A program made the translations under genes and the position numbers. The notes beneath the pieces were generated by a model that made no database searches, had not been told where the DNA came from, and worked only from the letters and a program-made list of their open reading frames with translations. Shown one piece after another: positions 39,861 through 50,165 of a DNA stretch of 64,000 bases; position 1 is the stretch's first letter, and every line of letters starts with the position of its first letter. The stretch is taken from contig CAVVJT010000007.1 of the NCBI GenBank assembly GCA_963748625.1, positions 928,001 through 992,000 of the forward strand, in the 5' to 3' direction. The stretch is from an uncultured Chloroflexia bacterium (GTDB taxonomy: Bacteria; Chloroflexota; Limnocylindria; Limnocylindrales; CSP1-4).

Positions 39861-41303
39861 ATGCGCGATCTCACCAGCCGTGCCCTCGACACGGCAACCG
39901 CGCTGGGCGCGACCTACGCGGATGTGCGGGTCGTCCGGCGCCTCGAGGAGTCGATCACCATCAAGTCCGCCCGCGTCGAAGGCGTCGCCGGCGGCGAGAC
40001 CGAGGGCTTCGGCGTCCGCGTGATCGTGGACGGCGCGTGGGGCTTCGCCTCGAGCCACCACCTCTCGCCCGCGGAGGCCGACCGCATCGCCGGCGAGGCC
40101 GTCCGCATCGCGAAGGCGAGCGCCACGGCGATCCGGCGACCGGTCATCCTTGACGACCGCCCGCCCGCGCACGGCCGCTTCGAAGGGCCGGTCGGGATCG
40201 ATCCGTTCACCGTCCCCCTGGACCGCAAGATCGCGCATCTGCTCGCCGCCGACCGCGCCATGAACGCCGTCAGTGGCATCGCCTGGACCGAGACCGTCTA
40301 CAGCGCCCAGCGCGAGGAGAAGACCTTCGCGGCCAGCGACGGCTCGTACACGGAGCAGGTCATCACGCACATCGGCGCGGGCCTGGAGGCCAACGCGGTC
40401 GAAGGCGACGAGCACCAGCGCCGCTCCTACCCGGACAACGGCGGCCTGTGGGCCAGCGCAGGCTGGGAGTTCATCGAGGGCCTGCACCTCGAGGACAACG
40501 CGGAGCGCGTCGCGTCGGAGGCGGTCGAGCTGCTGAGCGCCCCGCCCCTCCCCGCCGGCACCCGGACCATCGTGCTCCACCCGTCGCAGCTGTACATGCA
40601 GGTCCACGAGAGCTGCGGCCACCCCACCGAGCTCGATCGCGCGTTCGGCACCGAGGCCAGCTACGCCGGCACCAGCTTCCTGCTGCCGGACATGCTCGAC
40701 ACCTTCCGCTACGGCTCGGACCTGGTGGACATCGTCGCCGACGCCACCGTCCCGGGCGGCCTGGGCACCTTCGGCTGGGACGACGAGGGCGTGGTCGCCC
40801 AGCAGGTCCCCCTGGTCAAGGAGGGCATGTTCACCGGCTACCTGTCGTCGCGCGAGACCGCGCCCAGGATCGGCCGCCGGTCCGGCGGGGCCATGCGCGC
40901 CGACGGCTGGAACCGCATCCCGCTGATCCGCATGACCAACGTCAACCTGCTGCCCAAGCCCGGCATGACCTTCGACCAGATCATCGCCGACACGGACGAC
41001 GGCCTCCTGTTCGAGACCAACCGCTCCTGGTCCATCGACGACCGCCGCCTCAACTTCCAGTTCTCCACCGAGATCTGCCGTGAGATCAAGGGCGGCAAAC
41101 CCGGCCGCCTGTTCCGCAACGGCACCTACACCGGGATCACCTACGAGCTGTGGCGCTCGATGGATGCCGTGGGCGACGCCTCCTCCTGGTCGATGTGGGC
41201 GACACCCAACTGCGGCAAGGGCGAGCCGTCACAGGGAGGACATGTCGGGCACGGCGTGTCCGGCGCCCGGTTCCGCAACGTGCGCGTGGGGGTGGTCGCA
41301 TGA
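39861..41303 (+). CDS. tldD: TldD family metalloprotease
   Basis: YADVR, GFGVRVIVDGAWGFAS, HESCGHPTE (HExxxH), DDEG, RMTN, CGKGEP. Confidence 0.93.
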   Translation: MRDLTSRALDTATALGATYADVRVVRRLEESITIKSARVEGVAGGETEGFGVRVIVDGAWGFASSHHLSPAEADRIAGEAVRIAKASATAIRRPVILDDRPPAHGRFEGPVGIDPFTVPLDRKIAHLLAADRAMNAVSGIAWTETVYSAQREEKTFAASDGSYTEQVITHIGAGLEANAVEGDEHQRRSYPDNGGLWASAGWEFIEGLHLEDNAERVASEAVELLSAPPLPAGTRTIVLHPSQLYMQVHESCGHPTELDRAFGTEASYAGTSFLLPDMLDTFRYGSDLVDIVADATVPGGLGTFGWDDEGVVAQQVPLVKEGMFTGYLSSRETAPRIGRRSGGAMRADGWNRIPLIRMTNVNLLPKPGMTFDQIIADTDDGLLFETNRSWSIDDRRLNFQFSTEICREIKGGKPGRLFRNGTYTGITYELWRSMDAVGDASSWSMWATPNCGKGEPSQGGHVGHGVSGARFRNVRVGVVA

Positions 41304-42670
41304 GCAGCAGGCACGGGATCGGCGGCGATCCGCAAGAGGCCCTCCGGCTGGCGGAGGACGTGGTGCGGCAGGCGCAGGCCGCGGGCGCCACCGAGGCCGA
41401 GGCGCTCGTAGTCGCCGGCGAGTCGGCGCTGACAAGGTTCGCCAACAGCGAGATCCACCAGAACGTCGCCTCGGCCGAGGTCTTCGTCAACCTGCGCTAT
41501 GTCATCGGCAAGCGCGTGGGCGTCGCCAGCAGCGGCCGCATGGATGCGGATGGCCTGCGGGCCCTCGTCGAGCGTGCCGGGCTCATCGCGCGCAACGTCG
41601 AGGAGCTGCCCGACTGGGGAGGCCTGCCGTCGGCCGATGCTCCGGCGCCCCTACCCGCCGCCTGGGCGGAGGGCACCGCAACCGTCACGCCTGAGCTCCG
41701 CGCCGAGGGTGCCCGGGCCGTCATCGCCGCTGCCGATGCCGCGGGCGTCACGGCCTTCGGCTCCTTCTCGACCGACACCGAGGCCATGGCCGTCGCCAAC
41801 TCCCGGGGCATCCGCGCCGCCGAGCGCCGGACCGCCTCCCAGCTGCTGACCGTGGCCATGGGCCCGGACAACGGGACCGGGTATGCGGAAGCCTGCCACG
41901 TCGACGCCACCCGCATTGACGCCGCCGCCATCGGGCGGGAGGCCGCCGAGCTCGCGCGCACCTCGGCTAACCCGGTGGACCTGCCGCCGGGCGACTACCC
42001 GGTCGTGCTGGACCACTACGCCATGGTCGACCTGACCGACATGCTCGCCTACCTGGGCTTCTCCGCCCTCGCCGTGCAGGAGGACCGCTCCTTCTGGGAG
42101 GCAGGCAAGCGCGTGGCCTCGTCGCTGGTCAGCCTCACCGACGACGGGCGCGATCCCGATGGCCTGCCGGCGGCCTTCGATGCCGAGGGCGTGCCGAAGC
42201 AGCGTCTCACCCTGCTCGACGCGGGCGTCTGCCGCGACCTTGCCTACGACGCGGCCACCGCTGCCCGCGAGGGGCGGCGCTCCACCGGTCACGGGCTTCC
42301 CGCACCGAACACGTACGGCCCCTTCCCCACCAACATGTCGATGGCGGCGGGCGATGCAACACGCGAGGAGCTGATCGGCGGGCTGGACCGGGGCCTGCTT
42401 GTGACGCGCTTCCACTACACGAACCCTGTCCACTCCAAGCGCGTGATCATCACGGGCATGACCCGTGACGGCACGTTCCTCGTGGAGGACGGGCGGATCG
42501 TGGGGCCGGTGCGGAACCTGCGGTTCACGATGTCCTACCTCGACGCCCTCGCGAACGTGGAGGCGATCAGCCGGGAACGGCGCTGCCTGCGCGGCTTCAT
42601 GGGCGGGACGCTGGTGCCGGCCGTCCGGCTCTCGTCGTTCTCGTTCACCGGCGCGACGGCCGCCGAGTAG
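41300..42670 (+). CDS. pmbA: TldE/PmbA family protein
   Basis: TRFANSEIHQN, FDAEGVP, STGHG, TGMTRDG, PVRNLRF; ATGA-coupled to tldD. Confidence 0.9.
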   Translation: MSSRHGIGGDPQEALRLAEDVVRQAQAAGATEAEALVVAGESALTRFANSEIHQNVASAEVFVNLRYVIGKRVGVASSGRMDADGLRALVERAGLIARNVEELPDWGGLPSADAPAPLPAAWAEGTATVTPELRAEGARAVIAAADAAGVTAFGSFSTDTEAMAVANSRGIRAAERRTASQLLTVAMGPDNGTGYAEACHVDATRIDAAAIGREAAELARTSANPVDLPPGDYPVVLDHYAMVDLTDMLAYLGFSALAVQEDRSFWEAGKRVASSLVSLTDDGRDPDGLPAAFDAEGVPKQRLTLLDAGVCRDLAYDAATAAREGRRSTGHGLPAPNTYGPFPTNMSMAAGDATREELIGGLDRGLLVTRFHYTNPVHSKRVIITGMTRDGTFLVEDGRIVGPVRNLRFTMSYLDALANVEAISRERRCLRGFMGGTLVPAVRLSSFSFTGATAAE

Positions 42671-42693
42671 GCGGGCGGAGACTGGAGGCGGCG

Positions 42694-42984
42694 ATGGGCA
42701 TCAGCGACCGCACGACCGCGGATCTCACGCTGTACGCGGAGCCGGACGGCTCGGTCTCGGTGGATACCGGGTCACGGTTCGTGGCGGTGGGCGGCGAGGA
42801 TCTCGAGCGCATCCTGGACCGCCTTGCGGCCGACGGCGGGACGCTGCGCCTGCTGGGCGGGACCGGTCGGGCCGATGACGGGGACGAGGCACCCGAACTC
42901 GAGAGCGACCCGGCGATGGGGGCCGCGGGGTGGGTGCTCCAGCTGGCCCACGAGCGCGGCCTCGAGGTCATCCGCGGGGAGTGA
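42694..42984 (+). CDS. Small hypothetical protein
   Basis: GGAGG SD; GTGA overlap with the next gene. Confidence 0.65.
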   Translation: MGISDRTTADLTLYAEPDGSVSVDTGSRFVAVGGEDLERILDRLAADGGTLRLLGGTGRADDGDEAPELESDPAMGAAGWVLQLAHERGLEVIRGE

Positions 42985-44420
42985 TCCGCTCGACGGTCCG
43001 GCCGGCTGTCGACGCCGTCATCGTCGGCGCGGGCCCGAACGGGATCGCCGCCGCCATCGAGCTGGCGCGGGCAGGGTGGTCCGTCCGCGTCTACGAGGCG
43101 GCCGACACGATCGGCGGGGGGACGCGGTCAGCAGAGCTCACGCTGCCCGGGTTCGTCCACGATGTCTGCGCGTCCGTCCACCCGCTGGGCCTCGCGTCAC
43201 CGTTCCTGCGATCCCTTGACCTGGCTCGCCACGGGCTGGCGTGGGTCCAGCCGGACGCGCCGGTCGCCCATGCGCTGGCACCCGGTCGGAGCGTCGTGCT
43301 GGAGCGGGATCTCGGCGCCGTCGACGACGCGTTGGGCAACGACGCCGATGCCTGGCGCCGGCTGTTCGGCCCGTACGTCCGCGAGTGGGAGCGGCTTGTC
43401 CCGGCCATCCTCGCCCCGGTCGTCCGCCCGCCACGGCACCCGCTGCTCCTCGCCCGGTTCGGCGTGCCAGCGCTGCTGCCCGCCACGTCGCTTGCGCGGA
43501 TGGCGTTTCGCGAGCCCGCGGCGCGGGCGCTGTTCGCCGGACTGGGGGCCCACTCGATGCTCAGGCTCGGACAGCCGCTGAGCGCCTCCTTCGGCCTGGT
43601 GCTGGGCATGCTCGCCCATGCCGTGGGGTGGCCAGTAGCGAAGGGCGGGAGCGGTGCGATCGCGGCCGCGCTCGAGGCGGAGGCACGGGGGCTCGGCGTG
43701 GAATTCGTCGCCGGCCACCGCGTGGACACGCTCTCGGCAGTCCCCCCGGCGCGGGCGTACCTGCTCGACGTCACGCCGCGCCAGGTCCTCGCGATGGCCG
43801 GTGACCTGCTTCCACACGGGTACCGCCGCCAGCTGGAGAGGTTCCGCTACGGCCCCGGCGTGTTCAAGGTCGACTGGGCGCTGGACGGCCCTATCCCGTG
43901 GCGTGACCCCTCCACGCTGCGCGCCGCGACCGTCCACCTCGGTGGCTCCTACCGCGAGATCGCAGCATCCGAGGACGCTGTCGGGCGCGGCCGCCACGCG
44001 ACCAGGCCGTACGTCCTCCTCGTTCAACCGACGATCGCCGACCCGTCCCGCGCCCCCGAGGGGAAGCACGTCGCGTGGGCCTACTGCCACGTGCCCAACG
44101 GCTCGACCCGGGACATGACCGCCGCGATCGAGGCGCAGGTGGAGCGGTTCGCGCCCGGCTTCGGGGACCTCGTGCTCGCCCGCGCCACGAAGAACACGAC
44201 GGCGATGGAGGCATGGGACGCGAACTACGTCGGCGGCGACATCAACGGCGGCATTGGCGACTGGCGCCAGCTCCTGTTCCGGCCCGTCGTGCGCTGGAAC
44301 CCCTACACGACGCCGAACCCGTCGGTGTTCCTGTGCTCCTCGTCCACGCCTCCCGGTGGCGGCGTCCACGGCATGGGCGGGTTCCACGCGGCCCGCACGG
44401 TGATCGCCCGCCGGGGTTGA
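42981..44420 (+). CDS. Phytoene dehydrogenase-like FAD-dependent oxidoreductase
   Basis: IVGAGPNG, GGGTRSAELTLPGFVHDVCASVHP, GGDINGG, STPPGGGVHGMGG. Confidence 0.9.
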   Translation: MIRSTVRPAVDAVIVGAGPNGIAAAIELARAGWSVRVYEAADTIGGGTRSAELTLPGFVHDVCASVHPLGLASPFLRSLDLARHGLAWVQPDAPVAHALAPGRSVVLERDLGAVDDALGNDADAWRRLFGPYVREWERLVPAILAPVVRPPRHPLLLARFGVPALLPATSLARMAFREPAARALFAGLGAHSMLRLGQPLSASFGLVLGMLAHAVGWPVAKGGSGAIAAALEAEARGLGVEFVAGHRVDTLSAVPPARAYLLDVTPRQVLAMAGDLLPHGYRRQLERFRYGPGVFKVDWALDGPIPWRDPSTLRAATVHLGGSYREIAASEDAVGRGRHATRPYVLLVQPTIADPSRAPEGKHVAWAYCHVPNGSTRDMTAAIEAQVERFAPGFGDLVLARATKNTTAMEAWDANYVGGDINGGIGDWRQLLFRPVVRWNPYTTPNPSVFLCSSSTPPGGGVHGMGGFHAARTVIARRG

Positions 44421-44559
44421 CTTCTACCATTCCTCGGGCAGCGGACGCTGATCTCCGCGCCCCGAGGTCGGGTGGGAGCCCGGGTCAGGCGCTCCGGCCG
44501 TTGACGCGCGTGAAACGGTCACGCAGGATCGGCGCACCGGTGGAGTCGAGGAGCGGGCG

Positions 44560-45165
44560 ATGAACCTGTACGCGACCAAGGGCGCGATCAACGCACGGCT
44601 GATCCCGCTGGTGGACCGCCTCGCCCGTGCGGGGGTCACGCCCGACCAGGTGACGCTCGCTGCGGTCCCGGTCGCGATCCTCGCCGGGGCCTGCCTGCTC
44701 GCCTCGCCCGCGGTGCCGGCGCTGCTGCTCGTCGTGCCACTCCTCGCAGGTGTGCGCATCCTGCTCAACCTCGTGGACGGCAACATGGCCCGCCGGACAG
44801 GCCGGATCCACGCCCGCGGCGAGCTCTACAACGAGGTGGGCGACCGCTTGGCCGACATCGCCTTCCTCGCGCCCGTCGCGTGGCTGCCGGGTGCCATGCC
44901 ACACGTCGTCCTGCTGGGCGTCATGACCGGTGTCATGGCGTCGTACGTGGGGATCACTGCCAAGGCCGCGGGCGGCGAGCGGATCTACCGGGGGATCCTC
45001 TCCAAGCCCGGGCGCATGGCCCTCCTGTGCGCCTGCTGCGTGATCGCGTTCTTCCTGGGCCCGGACGACACTCGGACATGGGCCGTCTTCGGGCCGCTGC
45101 TGCTCGTCGGCACGGCGCTGACCCTGCTCGAGCGGATCGTCGTCGCGATCCGCCGCCTGCCGTAG
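44560..45165 (+). CDS. CDP-alcohol phosphatidyltransferase (YnbA-like)
   Basis: TPDQVT; NLVDGNMARRTG...GELYNEVGDRLAD signature. Confidence 0.88.
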   Translation: MNLYATKGAINARLIPLVDRLARAGVTPDQVTLAAVPVAILAGACLLASPAVPALLLVVPLLAGVRILLNLVDGNMARRTGRIHARGELYNEVGDRLADIAFLAPVAWLPGAMPHVVLLGVMTGVMASYVGITAKAAGGERIYRGILSKPGRMALLCACCVIAFFLGPDDTRTWAVFGPLLLVGTALTLLERIVVAIRRLP

Positions 45166-45179
45166 CCGGGGCACCCGGG

Positions 45180-46103
45180 ATGCCGCAGATCGCGCCGCTC
45201 GACTGGGCGACGCTGGTCCTCCTGGTCGGTCCGGCCCTCGGCCTGGCGGGGGCAGCGGTCTACGCCCTCCTGCGGCGGGGACGGACCACCGGCCTGACGC
45301 CGCGCACCGCGCTCGCGCGGGCGGGCTCGTACGCCGCGCTCGCGGTGGTGCTGGTCGTCGCAGCGCGGGTCGGCGTGGTCGGGATCGCGGTCCTGTTCGG
45401 AATCTTCGGGGCCATCGGCGTGGTGGAATGGGGTCGCCTGTTCGAGCTGCCGCTCCACCATCGCGTCGCCACGGTGCTGGCCAACATCCTGATCATGGCT
45501 GCAGTCGCAGGGCGGGGGGCCGCCGCGGCGGACTGGCTCGTGGGCGGCCTGGTGCTGGTGGGCGTCGTGTGGCCGGTCATCCGGGCCGACACCGGCCGCG
45601 CGATCCGGGACCTGGGGATGGCGTGCGTCGGCGTGGTCATCGTGAGCGTGCTGCTGGTCCACGGCGTCGCCCTGGGCGTGGAGCATGGAGACGCGGGGAT
45701 CGCGCTGGTGCTCGCGCTTGCGGTGGCGTGCGCCCTCTCCGACGTCGGCGCGTTCGTGGTCGGGCGGACGTTCGGCCGTCATCCGCTCGCGCCGCGCCTG
45801 TCGCCCAACAAGACCCGCGAAGGCGTCGTGGGCAACGTGCTCGGCGCCGCACTGGGCCTCGCGCTGTTCATCCCGTCCATCGTGCCCGTCTTCGGCTGGC
45901 CGTTCTTCCTCGCGCTCATCCCCCTCGTGGCCGGCGGCGCGCTCTGGGGCGACCTCCTCGAGAGTGCCGCCAAGCGCGAGGCCGGCGTGAAGGATGCGGG
46001 CCGCTGGCTGCCGGGGTTCGGTGGCATTCTCGACCGGATGGATTCCCTGCTCGTGACGGTCGCACTCGGCTACTGGATCGCGCGGCTCTGGGGCGCCGGC
46101 TGA
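45180..46103 (+). CDS. Phosphatidate cytidylyltransferase family (CdsA/YnbB-like)
   Basis: SDVGAFVVGRTFG, SPNKTREG, GDLLESAAKREAGVKD, PGFGGILDRMDS. Confidence 0.92.
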   Translation: MPQIAPLDWATLVLLVGPALGLAGAAVYALLRRGRTTGLTPRTALARAGSYAALAVVLVVAARVGVVGIAVLFGIFGAIGVVEWGRLFELPLHHRVATVLANILIMAAVAGRGAAAADWLVGGLVLVGVVWPVIRADTGRAIRDLGMACVGVVIVSVLLVHGVALGVEHGDAGIALVLALAVACALSDVGAFVVGRTFGRHPLAPRLSPNKTREGVVGNVLGAALGLALFIPSIVPVFGWPFFLALIPLVAGGALWGDLLESAAKREAGVKDAGRWLPGFGGILDRMDSLLVTVALGYWIARLWGAG

Positions 46104-46753
46104 TGGCCGCGCAGATGCCCGAGGGCTGGCAGTTCTCGCGTGGCGGCATCCTCCTGCGGGAGGTGACCGCACGGCTCGTGGGCCCGTTCCTGCGCATCCT
46201 CATGCGCGGCCCCAAGGTCACCGGTCGCGAGCACCTGGCCGCACTCGACGGCGCCGTGCTGATCTGCCCCAACCACGCCAGCCACTTCGACTTCTCGGCC
46301 ATCCGCCTCGCCCTTGGCACGCACCATCGGCGCAAGCTCGCCGCAGCCGCAGCCGCCGACTACTTCAAGGCGAGCCCCGTCCGCTGGTTCCTGGCCGCCT
46401 GGCTGGGGGCGTTCGCGTTCAACCGGACCGGGAAGGGCGGGGCGGAGTCCATCGGGGCGGCAGAGGCCCTGCTGGATGCGGGGTGGCATGTCCTCGTCTT
46501 CCCCGAGGGGACGCGCACGAAGACCGGCGATATCAACGCCTTCATGCCCGGTACCGGGCTCCTGGCCCGGCGCACAGGTCGACCGGTGCTGCCGATCCGG
46601 ATCGTCGGCATCCGCGATGTGCTGCCCAAGGGTGCCCGCATTCCGCACCGCGCCCAGGTGGAGGTCCGCATCGGGGAGCCGCTTCACGTCCGGCCCGGCG
46701 AGGGGGCGCGGGAGTTCACCGCGCGCCTGGAGGCGACAGTCCGCGAGCTGTAG
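46103..46753 (+). CDS. Lysophospholipid acyltransferase (PlsC-like)
   Basis: NHASHFD (HxxxxD), FPEGTR; TGATG overlap. Confidence 0.9.
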   Translation: MAAQMPEGWQFSRGGILLREVTARLVGPFLRILMRGPKVTGREHLAALDGAVLICPNHASHFDFSAIRLALGTHHRRKLAAAAAADYFKASPVRWFLAAWLGAFAFNRTGKGGAESIGAAEALLDAGWHVLVFPEGTRTKTGDINAFMPGTGLLARRTGRPVLPIRIVGIRDVLPKGARIPHRAQVEVRIGEPLHVRPGEGAREFTARLEATVREL

Positions 46754-46754
46754 G

Positions 46755-47342
46755 TCAGCTCCAGTAGACCGCGTAGGCAACCATGTAGAAGGCCGCGTAG
46801 GCGGCGAGCACCAGCCGGTTGTGGCGACGCAGGAAGCCGGGCGCGACATGTCCCAGGACGGCCAGGCCGATTGCCCCGGGCAGGATTCGCGCGATCCGGT
46901 TCACGACGATGGCGCCCGCCAGCCCGACAGGCCCGTTGGCATCGACCGCCCACGCCCACGTGTAGACCTTGAGCGGGGTGCCCGGCGGCTGGAGCGTCAT
47001 CGACAGGAGTCCTCCGTCGGCGACCGCCGCCTGGGCGTTCGTCAGCATCGACTGGGGGATGGCGGGCAGGGCGAGGAGTGCGGCCGCGACCGCGTCCGGG
47101 GCGGCCAGGCTCAGCGAGTACATGACGGCCGATCCCGCCAGCGCCCCCACGACGACCGCGCCGAACAGAGCGGGCAGGCGCCGCGGCACCACGAGCGCCA
47201 GCAGGCCGAGCGCCACGTCGGGGACGATCGGCAGGAACACCGCCTCCGCGAACCCCCACCCCCCGACGAGCAGCAGGCCTCCGCGTCCCCGCGCGAGCGC
47301 CTCGAGCCGCGCGAACGGGCGCCGGAAGGGCGGCGCCGTCAT
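46755..47342 (-). CDS. YqaA/DedA-like membrane protein
   Basis: WGFAEAVFLPIVPD, PGTPLKVY, hydrophobic helices. Confidence 0.75.
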   Translation of the reverse strand: MTAPPFRRPFARLEALARGRGGLLLVGGWGFAEAVFLPIVPDVALGLLALVVPRRLPALFGAVVVGALAGSAVMYSLSLAAPDAVAAALLALPAIPQSMLTNAQAAVADGGLLSMTLQPPGTPLKVYTWAWAVDANGPVGLAGAIVVNRIARILPGAIGLAVLGHVAPGFLRRHNRLVLAAYAAFYMVAYAVYWS

Positions 47343-47343
47343 G

Positions 47344-47703
47344 TCAGCCGCCCGAGACGCAGAACTCGTTGCCCTCGGGATCCTGCATCACGGTCCACTG
47401 CAGGTCTTCACCGAGGCTCCGCTCCGCGACAAAGATGGCGCCGAGGGCCGTGAGCCGCTCCACCTCGGCCGCCATGGACTCGCCCCGCAGGTCAAGGTGC
47501 ACGCGGTTCTTCACCACCTTGGACTCGGGGACCTTCTGGAACAGGATCACCGGCCGGCCGATCGCCTTCTCGTTGGGCACGATGGCCACGTACTGCTCGT
47601 TCTCGTCGTGCCGCGTGTATTCGCCAAGGGCCTCCACCCAGAAGTCCACCACCGCGCCGTGTTCTGCACAGTCGATGACGATCTCGCCAATCCTGAGGGT
47701 CAT
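47344..47703 (-). CDS. VOC/glyoxalase family protein
   Basis: IVIDC, FW, KNRVHLDL, VMQDPEGNEFCV. Confidence 0.92.
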   Translation of the reverse strand: MTLRIGEIVIDCAEHGAVVDFWVEALGEYTRHDENEQYVAIVPNEKAIGRPVILFQKVPESKVVKNRVHLDLRGESMAAEVERLTALGAIFVAERSLGEDLQWTVMQDPEGNEFCVSGG

Positions 47704-47752
47704 GCCAACCTCCGGTGAGACTCCATGCCGGGATCGGCTCCAAGCCGAATGC

Positions 47753-47901
47753 CAGCACCACCCATGCTATTCCGGCGCAACGGCCCTCGACGTGCCCCGC
47801 ACTCCCGGCTCCAATGCCGCCCGCAGCACTCGCGGTGCTGGCAGCAGACTCGAGACCCCTCCGGGGTGCGGTTCCGGCGGCCGACAGCATCGCCCGTGCT
47901 G
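47753..47901. repeat. Triple palindromic-box element (YAGCA-N7-TGCTR), family 2, copy 1
   Basis: Boxes at 47753, 47824 and 47885 (spacing 71, 61). Confidence 0.7.
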
Positions 47902-47939
47902 TGGCGCTCGGGCTGGCCGACCCGTCCGACCAGGCGCTC

Positions 47940-50165
47940 CTACCGCCAGGCTGTCCGGGCGGCATCCGGGTAGAGCCGAACGCGCCGGTAGGGTTCCCGT
48001 CCGCGGGACCGCGACAGCAGGTTCGCGCGCTCGGCCATCTGGTGCTGCAGGCGACGGATGTAGGCGTTCTGCGGCGCCAGCTCCACCGCCTCCTGCTGCT
48101 TGAGCACCAGCGCGATCGCCTCCTCGGTCTCCCGGAACGCCGCCTCGCGCGGGTCCACCTCGAGGGCGAACACGGACGTGAGCGACGCCTGCATCTGCGC
48201 GATGGTGTTCGCCTTGAGCACGTAGATCGGGATACCGCGGTCCTCGACATCCCGCAGCGCCGGCGGCTTCTGGCGGTACTCGGAGCGGAGGGTCATCGCC
48301 ACGTCCGCCTCGTCGGGCTCGCGGGCGATGATCACCGGCAGTTGCAGGTCCTTGATCGCCTGCTCCAGGCGGCGCCGGCTGATGCCGTGGGGGAACACGC
48401 GGAGCGTCGGCAGCAGGCCTGTCTCCACCATCCGTGCCGCCGCACCGAAGCCACCGTCCGCGTCGGCGCCGTCCTCGTCTTCATCCCCGTCCTCGTCGTC
48501 CCAGGACGGGACGGTCTCGCCGGGCACCATGCGCGCGATCCGCTCCTCCTCGGCCGCAAGCAGCTGGTCGGCGTTGACGGGCCGGGTCCCCTCATCCTCC
48601 TGCAGCGAGTTCAACGCACGCGTGGCCTCGGCGCGCCAGGCCTGCTGGCGGGCGAGCTCCCGAGCATCGCGGGCCCGGACATCGGGCACTGGAGCACCCG
48701 CCACCGACCCCTCGGCCCGCTCCAGCGGCCCCCGGTCGGCGATGTCGCCGGCGATGAAGGCCCCGCCCGGCGGGGTGGAAGGCCGCCCGCCCGGGGCCGC
48801 GAGCCGCGCGCCCGGCGCAGCAGCGAACCGCTCGCCCGGCATCACGCTCAGCGGTGCCGGTCGGTCACCCTCCGGGCTGCGCGAGCCGCGGTCACCGCGC
48901 TCGTGGCCCCGCTCGGGACGGCCGGCCCGCCATCCGCCCGTCTGGCCCGGACGATAGCCGGGTCGGGCTGCGGGTCCGCGATCCTCGCCCGCGTAGCCGC
49001 CGGTCCGATAGGTCGACGCACCGCGCCAGCCGGGGTCGCGTCCCCAGGCGCCGACACCCGCGCCGGTCAAGCCGCTGAACCGGTCGCCGCCCGGCCCGAC
49101 ACCGTCGCGCGCGGTGGGCCTGGGCCGGGACTGGGAGCGGTGCACACCCTCCTCGTCGCGCCAGCGCAGCTCCGGCGTCACGGGATCGCCCAGGAGCATC
49201 GCGTCAACGGTGGCCGACACGTCGGCGTGGACGAGGACCTTCTCGCGGTCCTGGATCTCCACGATCACGTCGAACGTGGGCGGCTGCTTGCGCTCCAGGA
49301 CGCTCTTCTGGCTGCGCCGGCGGCGCGCCTCGTCGTCACCGAGCGTCACGCTCTGGATCCCGCCGATGAGATCGGACAGCGTGGGGTTGAGCATCAGGTT
49401 GTCGAGGTTGTTGCCGTGCGCCGTGCCGATCAGCTGCACCCCGCGCTCGGCGATCGTGCGGGCGGCCTGCGCCTCGAGCTCCGTCCCGATCTCGTCGATG
49501 ACGATGACCTCGGGCATGTGGTTCTCGACCGCCTCGATCATCACCTCGTGCTGCAGCGACGGCGTGCGGACCTGCATCCGGCGCGCCTTGCCGATCGCCG
49601 GGTGCGGAATGTCGCCATCGCCTGCGATCTCATTGGAGGTGTCGACCACGACCACGCGCTTGCGCTGCTCGTCGGCGAGCACGCGGGCGGCCTCGCGCAG
49701 CATCGTGGTCTTGCCGATGCCGGGCCGGCCCATGATGAGGATCGACTTCCCGCTCTCCACGAAGTCCGCGATGATCTCGATCGTCCCGAACACGGAGCGT
49801 CCGATGCGCAGCGTGAGGCCCACGATCTTCCCGGTCCGGTTGCGGATCGCGGAGATGCGGTGCAGCGTGCGCTCGATGCCCGCCCGGTTGTCATCGCCGA
49901 ACGCGCCGATGTGATCGACCACGTGGGCGATGTCCCGTTCGGTGATCTCCCGCTCAAGGAGCATGACCTCCGAGCCCGGGTAGCGCGCCTCGGGCGGCCG
50001 TCCGAGGTCCATGACCACCTCGATCAGCGACTCCCGGTCAGGCAAGGCGTCGATCGCCTGCACCAGCTCCGGCGGCAGGGCCGCCAGGAGCACGCCGAGA
50101 TCGTCCGTTGCCGCCCGCTGCCGGTCCTGCGAACCCACCGTGGCTGGCCTCCGTGCGCTCGTCAT
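47940..50165 (-). CDS. SpoIIIAA/Ycf45-like AAA ATPase with C-terminal R3H domain
   Basis: [31 protein letters not shown]; [12 protein letters not shown]3H motif. Confidence 0.92.
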   Translation of the reverse strand: MTSARRPATVGSQDRQRAATDDLGVLLAALPPELVQAIDALPDRESLIEVVMDLGRPPEARYPGSEVMLLEREITERDIAHVVDHIGAFGDDNRAGIERTLHRISAIRNRTGKIVGLTLRIGRSVFGTIEIIADFVESGKSILIMGRPGIGKTTMLREAARVLADEQRKRVVVVDTSNEIAGDGDIPHPAIGKARRMQVRTPSLQHEVMIEAVENHMPEVIVIDEIGTELEAQAARTIAERGVQLIGTAHGNNLDNLMLNPTLSDLIGGIQSVTLGDDEARRRRSQKSVLERKQPPTFDVIVEIQDREKVLVHADVSATVDAMLLGDPVTPELRWRDEEGVHRSQSRPRPTARDGVGPGGDRFSGLTGAGVGAWGRDPGWRGASTYRTGGYAGEDRGPAARPGYRPGQTGGWRAGRPERGHERGDRGSRSPEGDRPAPLSVMPGERFAAAPGARLAAPGGRPSTPPGGAFIAGDIADRGPLERAEGSVAGAPVPDVRARDARELARQQAWRAEATRALNSLQEDEGTRPVNADQLLAAEEERIARMVPGETVPSWDDEDGDEDEDGADADGGFGAAARMVETGLLPTLRVFPHGISRRRLEQAIKDLQLPVIIAREPDEADVAMTLRSEYRQKPPALRDVEDRGIPIYVLKANTIAQMQASLTSVFALEVDPREAAFRETEEAIALVLKQQEAVELAPQNAYIRRLQHQMAERANLLSRSRGREPYRRVRLYPDAARTAWR

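Noticed and set aside
37920-41303. Apparent 1127-aa TldD fusion; also the 897-aa PPK2 ORF at 28299-30992
   Set aside because: The upstream parts are antisense to hydrogenase or guaB genes; true starts are 39861 and 30147
42981-44420. Carotenoid biosynthesis gene crtI
   Set aside because: Belongs to the generic phytoene-dehydrogenase-like oxidoreductases; no crtB or crtE neighbours
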